The notes beneath the pieces are model-generated. The model did not search any database. It was not told the origin of the DNA and was given only the letters and a program-made list of their open reading frames with translations. The position numbers were made by a program, and so were the translations under genes. From an uncultured Christensenellaceae bacterium (GTDB lineage: Bacteria > Bacillota > Clostridia > Christensenellales > SZUA-584), in assembly GCA_964441275.1 (NCBI GenBank), contig CAYTUG010000009.1, positions 617 to 64,616 of the forward strand: DNA of 64,000 bases, given 5' to 3'. Positions within the stretch are counted from its first letter, which is position 1. Every line of letters starts with the position of its first letter. Of this stretch, positions 49,912-56,664 are shown in pieces.

Positions 49912-50367
49912 TTGAAGGCTGTTACAATTAGCGTTATGTCATTATTAATTTTAATTTGTTCCGCCTGCGGTTATAACGCAGTCTCAAGCATAAAATGGCG
50001 CACAAGCAAAATTGAAGAGCCGGATTTAAACAGCAATCCCGATATAACAATCCGCACCGAGCTCTCTTATTATTTGCAGGGCACAAAAAAGCTAAACATT
50101 TTAATTATCAATAATTCTAATGACGTTCTTGATTACGGAGCGCCATATATTCTTGAGCGCAACGATGACGACGAATGGCACAGTGCGGATATGGACAATA
50201 TCGCATGGATTACGATAGCATATTTAATCCGCCCAGGCGAAACGCATACTCACGAAATTAATTTTGATGTGCTTGAGAGTTTACCCCCCGATGGCGAATA
50301 CAGAATAATAAAAAAGATAGGCGGAAATATGTATTGCACGGTGTTTTCTATTGCGGCGGCAGGCTAA
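49912..50367 (+). CDS. Putative lipoprotein (small Ig-like beta domain)
   Basis: Signal plus lipobox (LLILICSAC|G). 151 aa. Family not recognised with confidence. Confidence 0.55.
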   Translation: MKAVTISVMSLLILICSACGYNAVSSIKWRTSKIEEPDLNSNPDITIRTELSYYLQGTKKLNILIINNSNDVLDYGAPYILERNDDDEWHSADMDNIAWITIAYLIRPGETHTHEINFDVLESLPPDGEYRIIKKIGGNMYCTVFSIAAAG

Positions 50368-50649
50368 GCTCATCAATAGAATGCATAATTTTTATTTAAA
50401 CATTCCTACGTAACATTGCTGCTTTCAACCAAAAATTTATCAAAATAGACCCGATAACCCCAAGCACGATTTATGCTTGCATAAATTGCAATACAATTCT
50501 GAGCAATCTGCCGGCCTGTTTGTTTTTAAGCATTTTTAATTATAGCTGTTGTATAATCGTTATAATTAACAGCCATAAAATTGGATTTAGCCGCCGCGAT
50601 AATGTATAATGACTATGATTTAAAATACAATTCAACCAAGGAATCTAAC

Positions 50650-50949
50650 ATGAAAAAAAGCCCGGTTACTCGCAGTCCGCTGCGTCAGTTTTTCTCATAT
50701 TATCGCCCGCACAAGAAACTATTTGCGCTTGATATGATATGCGCACTGCTTATTGCAGTTATTGATCTGTCTTTTCCCATTGTATCACGCTACGCCATGA
50801 GCGAACTGTTGCCCGTCAAGTTGTTTGGCCATTTTTTTATTTTAATGGGCACATTGGTGGTTGCATACCTTTTGCGTGCGGTATTTGAATATATTGTTAC
50901 CTATTGGGGGCACACATTAGGAGTACGAATGGAAGCAGATATGCGGCGT
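50650..50949 (+). pseudogene. 5' fragment (first 100 codons) of an ABC transporter permease/ATPase (ABC_membrane type) gene
   Basis: MKKSP...LRQFFSYYRPHKKLFALDMICALLIAVIDLSFP...TYWGHTLGVRMEADMRR is the standard N-terminus of about 580-aa exporter proteins. The frame then switches abruptly to a transposase tail. Confidence 0.7.
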
Positions 50950-51069
50950 ATTGAGCACTGGATGAACAACTATCCGAGAAGGATGTTTGGATACATAACA
51001 GCAGACGAGGTGTTTGCGGCTTAAAGTGGACTGGGTTTTTATGGTGGGCAATTAAACTTGCAATTTAGA
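50950..51069 (+). mobile_element. IS30-family insertion sequence remnant: last 24 transposase codons plus putative right terminal repeat
   Basis: IEHWMNNYPRRMFGYITADEVFAA* resembles the conserved C-terminus of IS30-type DDE transposases (..N.RPRK.LGY.TP.E.F). It is followed 21 nt later by GGGCAATTAAACTTGCAATTTAGA (51046-51069). Confidence 0.55.
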
Positions 51070-51252
51070 ATGTTGGGTAAAAGTTGTTTGGATTCTTGAC
51101 TTTTTTTTTATGGTGTGTTTCAATTGATTCTTAAGGAAATAGTTATGGTTGCAATAGGCTCAATGTGCCAAAACAAAAGAATTTAAACTATTCCTGCAGC
51201 TGATCGCATGTAATATGTGTTATCAAACAATCAAACAAAAAGGAGCAGGTCG

Positions 51253-52308
51253 ATGAAAAAGTACAATATTGGAGTAGTTCCAGGGGACGGCACTGGTCCG
51301 GAAGTTGTAGCGGAAGGCGTAAAAGTATTAAAAGCGGTAAGCGAAAAATTTGGATTTGATGTTGATCTCGAATATTTTGATTTTGGCGGAGACAGATATC
51401 TAAAAACCGGTATTTTGCTTTCCGATGAAGATATAGCAAAGGTCGGCTCCAAGCAAGCCGTATTGCTTGGCGCGATAGGCCATCCTGATGTTAAACCCGG
51501 TATTTTAGAAAAAGGCATACTGCTAAAACTTAGGTTTACATTTGACCAATACATAAACTTAAGGCCTGTTAAGCTTTATGAGGGCGTAGACACCCCTTTA
51601 AAAAATAAAGGGCCGGATGATATAGACTTTGTTGTAATAAGGGAAAACACCGAAGGGCTCTACACGGGCAGCGGCGGTTTCTTTAAGAAAGACACGCCTG
51701 ACGAGATTGCAATACAAGAATCCATCAACACGCGAAAAGGCGTTGAGCGGTGTTTGCGTTTTGCGTTTGAATTGACCGAAAAAAGAAACAAGCAAAAAAA
51801 GCTTACGTTATGCGGAAAAACCAATGTATTAACATATGAGTTCGATCTTTGGGAAAGAGCTTTTTACGAAATTTCAGAAGAATACCCTAACGTAACCACA
51901 GACTATGCGCATGTTGACGCAACGTCCATGTGGATGATAAAGAACCCTGAATATTTTGACGTTATCGTGACCGACAATATGTTTGGCGATATTATTACAG
52001 ACCTTGGCGCCGTAATTCAAGGCGGCATGGGAATAGCGGCAGGCGGTAACATAAACCCAAACGGCGTATCCATGTATGAGCCTATCGGCGGGTCCGCTCC
52101 CAAATATACCGGACAAAATATAATCAATCCTCTTGCCGCCATTGCTGCGACCCAAATGATGCTTGAACAATTGGGCGAGGAAAAAGCGGCTTTATGTGTT
52201 GAGAATGCAATAATAAAAGCCGTAAGTACGGACATAAAAAGCATGTCAGCCGGAAAGATGGGCTATGGCACTTCAGAAGTCGGGGATTTAATTGTCAGCT
52301 ACCTATAA
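51253..52308 (+). CDS. Isopropylmalate / tartrate / D-malate dehydrogenase family protein (LeuB-like, stand-alone)
   Basis: MKKYNIGVVPGDGTGPEVV...DFVVIRENTEGLY...NMFGDIITDLGA signatures. ATG 51253 follows AAAGGAG. No leuA/C/D neighbours. Confidence 0.85.
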   Translation: MKKYNIGVVPGDGTGPEVVAEGVKVLKAVSEKFGFDVDLEYFDFGGDRYLKTGILLSDEDIAKVGSKQAVLLGAIGHPDVKPGILEKGILLKLRFTFDQYINLRPVKLYEGVDTPLKNKGPDDIDFVVIRENTEGLYTGSGGFFKKDTPDEIAIQESINTRKGVERCLRFAFELTEKRNKQKKLTLCGKTNVLTYEFDLWERAFYEISEEYPNVTTDYAHVDATSMWMIKNPEYFDVIVTDNMFGDIITDLGAVIQGGMGIAAGGNINPNGVSMYEPIGGSAPKYTGQNIINPLAAIAATQMMLEQLGEEKAALCVENAIIKAVSTDIKSMSAGKMGYGTSEVGDLIVSYL

Positions 52309-52332
52309 TTGATACAAAGTTTAAAGTGTTAC

Positions 52333-52365
52333 AGCCGTTGCACATGCAGCGGCTTTTATATTTTC
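52333..52365 (+). terminator. Rho-independent terminator after the LeuB-like gene
   Basis: AGCCGTTGC-ACAT-GCAGCGGCT (9-bp stem with one G-U) followed by TTTTATATTTT. Confidence 0.65.
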
Positions 52366-52501
52366 GATTTTTACGGCTTGCGTTTTATTCAAAGCGTTTA
52401 TCCTGCGTAAAAAAACTGCTTCAATCAGGTAATTATTACAAGTGTGTTACTTTTCTTTGACTTTGCGTAATTTTTACGGTAACATATTAAGCACTAAATT
52501 A

Positions 52502-53503
52502 ATGGGGAACATTAATGTGCTAACACAAAAACGTAAGAAATCCCAGTTAAAAATGCCCAAACCGGCTTATTTAAACGCTGCCCGGTCTCGCGCTTCCGAT
52601 GAAAGGGCGCCAAACTCTTACCCTGTTACCACAACTGTAAGTTTGAGCAAGCCAGATAACTTGGACCGTAAAATAAAAAAATACGAGAACAAACCAACAT
52701 ATATTCCGGATACTTTGCCATTTGAAACAGCAGCGCAAAAAATTCAAATCGGCTTTGAGAAAAATACAAAGCGAAATCAGGCGCATAGGTCAAGCGGAGT
52801 CAATTTCAAAATACCGGTGCGCAGAGCTGATAAACAACCGGTTGTTACTGCAAAACACGAAGGCGGTACATATAAAAGAACGGAAACCTACGCGCGTAAA
52901 CGCAAATCTTTCGCATTTGCCCTGTCCGTGTTGGGCATTGCCGCTGCGGTCGCATTGGCGGCAATATTGTGGATTGCCAATATGCAGCCGAAGCAGCTCG
53001 CCAAAAATACGAATGCGCACACCGCAATTCCTAACGAGAGTTTAGCGCCGGACGATGAGCAGCAAGATTCTGTTTTTGACGCTACCCCCCTGCCCGAAGC
53101 CCTTGACGCTAATTCGGATTATACCGCTGATTATGATGCGTCCTCGCCATCAGACGAAGTGCAAATACCTGCCGGCACAAATACCGAAACATTTGCCCTG
53201 ACATCCGTGCCCACCAAGACGCCTGCGCCCACCAAGACGCCTGCGCCCACCAAGACGCCTGCGCCCACTAAGACGCCTGTGCCAACCAAGACATCCGCGC
53301 CCGCCAAGACACCTGCGCCCGCCAAGACACCTGCGCCGACTAAGACACCTGCGCCCACTAAGACGCCTGCGCCAACCGCTACGCCTGTGCCCACACCAGT
53401 TCCAACTTCTACACCAACGCCAGTTCCTACTCCTGCGCCAACCGAGACGCCAACGGAGCAGGATGCGCCCCCACACCAGGCGCCATCCTATGGCGCAGAA
53501 TAG
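52502..53503 (+). CDS. Membrane-anchored protein with basic N-terminal region, one TM helix and a C-terminal Pro/Thr/Lys/Ala tandem-repeat tail (start uncertain)
   Basis: TM segment FAFALSVLGIAAAVALAAILWIA. C-terminal (TKTPAP)n repeats. The protein ends 15 aa after the low-complexity region, so it may be 3'-truncated. Confidence 0.55.
   Translation: MGNINVLTQKRKKSQLKMPKPAYLNAARSRASDERAPNSYPVTTTVSLSKPDNLDRKIKKYENKPTYIPDTLPFETAAQKIQIGFEKNTKRNQAHRSSGVNFKIPVRRADKQPVVTAKHEGGTYKRTETYARKRKSFAFALSVLGIAAAVALAAILWIANMQPKQLAKNTNAHTAIPNESLAPDDEQQDSVFDATPLPEALDANSDYTADYDASSPSDEVQIPAGTNTETFALTSVPTKTPAPTKTPAPTKTPAPTKTPVPTKTSAPAKTPAPAKTPAPTKTPAPTKTPAPTATPVPTPVPTSTPTPVPTPAPTETPTEQDAPPHQAPSYGAE
53207..53386 (+). 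repeat. In-frame 18-bp tandem repeat, about 10 units (consensus GCGCCCACCAAGACGCCT = A-P-T-K-T-P)
   Basis: Three consecutive units are identical and the later units diverge at a few positions. A degenerate P/T-rich extension runs to about 53455. Confidence 0.85.
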
Positions 53504-54238
53504 TTTTGCTGGCTTGATTGGCTTTGTAGCAGGGCAAAACGAACTGCAGCGTACCAGCAACCTACCGTTGCCGCTATTTTCGCAGGTCAGCAAAGAAAGG
53601 TCGGCTGCGTATTTTTCGTCCGTCAGGTTGTCTATTTGGTCGGGTTTTATATTTTCTATCGCATAAACGGTATAAACAAACGTTTTTCCGCTTTTTTTCG
53701 GTTAAGAGTACTTGAGAGCCAATCTCTATTTTGTTTAGATTGCCAAATATCGCGCCGTTTTTGTAATTGTGACCGGTAATTATAAAGCCGAAATCATTGA
53801 AAGTGTACATAAGGTTGTGCCTTCTTGTAAGCCCGTCGCCGTGCCGTCGCTGTGGCTTTCCAATGAAATAAACTTGTTGTCAAGGTTCCAATAACCGTTT
53901 CCAACAGAGGGCGTTAGCGTGGTTCTGCCGTCCAAATAAATTGCGGAACCGGCGGAAGAGTTTATAGGATTTAGCCCAAATGCGGCGTTTATGGTATGTT
54001 CTTTGTCTATGGGAGAGAACGTATAAAAAGATAATGCCCCAACGTTTGAACCATCCACCTCAACCGAGGCGACACAAAATCCGCTGTCCGGCGTTATGGT
54101 ATACGTTTGGCTATCCCCGGCGACGTTTCGCCAACTGGGCTGATAGAGCCGCCGGCAGCTGCAGCAGCGGATACAGCAGGGGATTTAACCATCACTGGCG
54201 GCACACAATAAAGCTATAAAAAACTGTTTAGTTCTCAT
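53504..54238 (-). pseudogene. Disrupted secreted protein gene: signal peptide, InlB-B-repeat-like Ig domain, sortase-like catalytic domain
   Basis: Pieces lie in three frames. MRTKQFFIALLCAAS is followed by a stop. GGSISPVGETS / AGDSQTYTITPDSGFCVASVEVDGSNVGALSFYTF...HTINAAFG follows. Then FIITGHNYKNGAIFGNLNKIEIGSQVLL (His motif). Then GKTFVYTVYAIENIKPDQ...LSLLTCENSGNGRLLVRC (TLxTC-like Cys and Arg motifs). One shift lies in a T7 run (53692-53698). No native stop codon. Confidence 0.6.
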
Positions 54239-54441
54239 TTAATTTTTACTTCTTTTATCCCGGCAACGTCAAACAAAACGCCTATTGAATTACAAACAGT
54301 TTTGTCATTAATGCGCTTTTTATGGTGTAAATATTATGTTTAATTTCAACTATAAACTTATATTTTTCACCAATATTATTTATGCCATTAGAAAATTGCT
54401 AACGCCGCACTTTATAATGTATCAAATATTCGAAGTAACCC

Positions 54442-54498
54442 TTTGCAGCGTAAGCGCAGCTGATAGTATGCGGCGGGTAATTAAACTTGCAATCTACA
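54442..54498 (+). mobile_element. Second, more decayed IS30-like 3' tail (F-A-A-stop, 25-nt spacer, terminal repeat)
   Basis: Gap-free 57-nt alignment with 51013-51069, 38/57 identical by hand count. It includes TTTGCAGCGTAA versus TTTGCGGCTTAA and AATTAAACTTGCAATCTACA versus AATTAAACTTGCAATTTAGA. Confidence 0.45.
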
Positions 54499-54524
54499 GT
54501 AATTCAGTGACGCTTTACTTATTG

Positions 54525-54553
54525 TTGCATTGTAGTTTGATGTATATTATACT
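54525..54553 (+). promoter_or_regulatory. Sigma-A-type promoter for the acyl-CoA dehydrogenase/etfBA operon
   Basis: TTGCAT (54525-30), 17 nt, TATACT (54548-53), about 65 nt upstream of the start codon. Confidence 0.5.
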
Positions 54554-54617
54554 ATGTTAGCAATACTAATGAATAAAGTTTTTCTTTATTCGATATTCTT
54601 TTTACAGGAGAATGAAA

Positions 54618-55766
54618 ATGGATTATTTTCTTACCGAAGAACAGCTAATGATTCAAGAGCTTGCGGCCAAAATAGCCGATGAAAAGATTGCACCCGTGGC
54701 GGGGCAATATGATGAGGAAGGAATATTCCCAAGGGATATCGTAAAGGTGCTTGCGGACTGCGATTTATGCGGCGTATACATACCCGAAGAATATGGGGGT
54801 CTTGGGGGCGGGATTTTTGAAATGGCGCTTGTTGTTGAGCAATTAAGCCGCGCCTGCGGCGGAATTGCCTTAAGTTTCGCCGGAACAGGGCTTGGCTCTT
54901 TTCCTATTCTTCTTTTTGGTACTGACGAGCAAAAGCAAAAATATCTTCCCGGCATAGCTTCCGGCGCGAAGTTAGCGGCATTCGGGCTGACAGAAGCTAA
55001 CGCGGGAAGCGACGCCGCCGGCATACAAACAACCGCCGTGCCCGACGGGGACGAATATATTTTAAACGGTACAAAACAGTGGATAACAAACGGCGGCGAA
55101 GCCGATACATATTCGGTGATTGCGTGTACCGACAGATCAAGCGGCGCAAGGGGGTTTTCGGCATTTATAGTCGAGAAGGGAACCCCGGGTTTTTCTTTTG
55201 GCAAAAAAGAAAATAAAATGGGCATACGCGCTTCCGTAACCGCCGAATTGGTTTTTGAAGACTGCCGCATACCCAAAGAAAACCTTCTTTCAAAGGAGGG
55301 TATGGGGTTTGTAGTCGCGATGAAAACATTGGACAGAACGCGCCCGGGAGTAGCCGCGCAGGCCGTCGGCATCGCTCAAGGCGCTCTTGATGCGTCCGTT
55401 AAGTATTCGAGGCAAAGGGAGCAGTTTGGCGCGCCAATATCCTCGTTTCAAGCAGTGCAGCATATATTGGCCGATATGGCAATACAGATTGAAGCGTCCC
55501 GCGCCCTTGTTTATCAAACATGCAAATACATCGATTCGGGGGCAAAAAACTTTTCTAAACAATCTGCCATGTGCAAGGTTATTGCTTCGGATACCGCTAT
55601 GAAAGTAACCACGGATGCGGTACAAATACTCGGCGGATACGGATATATGAAAGAATATCCTGTAGAAAAGATGATGCGGGATGCAAAGATTACCCAAATT
55701 TATGAAGGTACCAATCAAATACAACGGAATATAATCGCTCATGAGCTTATTAAGCAATACCGTTAG
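54618..55766 (+). CDS. Acyl-CoA dehydrogenase (short-chain/butyryl-CoA dehydrogenase-like)
   Basis: FLTEEQLMIQELAAKIADEKIAP...GLTEANAGSDAAG...YEGTNQIQRNIIA. ATG 54618 is 7 nt after AGGAG; ATG 54612 is the alternative. Confidence 0.9.
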   Translation: MDYFLTEEQLMIQELAAKIADEKIAPVAGQYDEEGIFPRDIVKVLADCDLCGVYIPEEYGGLGGGIFEMALVVEQLSRACGGIALSFAGTGLGSFPILLFGTDEQKQKYLPGIASGAKLAAFGLTEANAGSDAAGIQTTAVPDGDEYILNGTKQWITNGGEADTYSVIACTDRSSGARGFSAFIVEKGTPGFSFGKKENKMGIRASVTAELVFEDCRIPKENLLSKEGMGFVVAMKTLDRTRPGVAAQAVGIAQGALDASVKYSRQREQFGAPISSFQAVQHILADMAIQIEASRALVYQTCKYIDSGAKNFSKQSAMCKVIASDTAMKVTTDAVQILGGYGYMKEYPVEKMMRDAKITQIYEGTNQIQRNIIAHELIKQYR

Positions 55767-55851
55767 GCAAGTCCTAAACAGGCTTGTGTTTTGTCATGCG
55801 GATTGCTGTTTTGTATTCGAAAAGCTTTTATTACTTTGAGGAGAAATATAA

Positions 55852-56646
55852 TTGAACATAATAGTGTGCATGAAACAAGTGCCCGGCACAAACGAAGTTA
55901 AAATGAACAAAGAAACAAACACGATAATCCGCGAAGGTGCGGAAGCTATAATAAACCCGTTTGATACTTATGCTATTGAAGAGGCGCTGCGGATAAAAGA
56001 GAAAACGCAGGGCAAGGTCACCGTATTAAGCATGGGGATCCCCGCGGTTGCCGATCTTTTAAAAGAAACAGTAGCGCTTGGGGCGGACGAGACGGTTTTG
56101 CTTAGCGATAAGGCTTTTGCGGGCGCGGATACCCTTGCGACCGCCTATACGCTTTCTATGGGGGTAAATAAAATAGGCCCGTATGATCTTATTATTTGCG
56201 GCAAACAGGCGACCGACGGCGATACGGCGCAGGTTGGCCCAAGCCTTGCGGAAAAGCTCAATATCCCGCACACAACATACGTTCGGAAAATTGAAGAACT
56301 GCGCGAAGGGTATATTAGATGCCAGCGGATGACCGATGACGGCTATGAGGTTATAGAGATGTCTTTGCCCGCTGTTATTACCGTAGTTAAAGAGATAAAC
56401 GAACCGAGGCTGCCTTCCATTAAAGGCATGCTTAAAGCGAAAAAGGCGCAAGTTAGCGTTTGGAACGCACAGGATATTGGCGCCGATATAGAATTGTGCG
56501 GTCTTAAGGGTTCCCCGACCCAAGTCGTCTCAACATTTGTGCCCGTTCATGACGTTAAAAGCGAAATGATAGACGGGCAGCCTGAAGAGCAAGCTAAAAG
56601 GCTTGCTGATATACTAATGTCCATGCAATTTGAAAAAGGTTTTTAA
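55852..56646 (+). CDS. etfB: Electron transfer flavoprotein subunit beta
   Basis: MNIIVCMKQVPGT... and the typical EtfB length and sequence. TTG start 8 nt after GAGGAG. Confidence 0.9.
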   Translation: MNIIVCMKQVPGTNEVKMNKETNTIIREGAEAIINPFDTYAIEEALRIKEKTQGKVTVLSMGIPAVADLLKETVALGADETVLLSDKAFAGADTLATAYTLSMGVNKIGPYDLIICGKQATDGDTAQVGPSLAEKLNIPHTTYVRKIEELREGYIRCQRMTDDGYEVIEMSLPAVITVVKEINEPRLPSIKGMLKAKKAQVSVWNAQDIGADIELCGLKGSPTQVVSTFVPVHDVKSEMIDGQPEEQAKRLADILMSMQFEKGF

Positions 56647-56664
56647 TATACCGGAGGTTTGTTA

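Noticed and set aside
53131-53593. Long minus-strand ORFs (GAGVLVGAGV... and RRRLSGRRCLG...) across the repeat region, and the idea that the regular 18-bp repeats might be a CRISPR-like array
   Set aside because: They are mirror images of the in-frame (APTKTP)n coding repeat, which simply lacks stop codons in all frames. The units are contiguous with no spacers, are only 18 bp long and encode a coherent low-complexity peptide, so this is not a CRISPR array. Only the first ~90 nt of 53150-53593 (LTCENSGNGRLLVRC) is meaningful, as part of the sortase-like pseudogene.
53692-53698. Programmed frameshift or phase variation at the T7 homopolymer as the explanation for the broken sortase-like gene
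   Set aside because: At least three other independent frame disruptions and a missing stop codon occur in the same gene, so one slippery run cannot restore it. A sequencing error at this single site remains possible but would not rescue the ORF.
54336-54560. 74-aa ORF (MFNFNYKLIFFTNIIY...) upstream of the acyl-CoA dehydrogenase
   Set aside because: It is an extremely AT-rich, Phe/Ile/Tyr/Leu-biased translation of a promoter and IS-debris region. It has no RBS, and the decayed transposase-tail homology lies in a different frame.
50581-54600. Treating the 50.6-54.5 kb patch as a defence island, toxin-antitoxin locus or other novel system
   Set aside because: Every ORF there is either a recognisable metabolic gene (LeuB-like), a low-complexity membrane protein or a fragment/pseudogene (ABC, IS30 tail, sortase-like). 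No nuclease, ATPase, methylase, toxin or similar module is visible.
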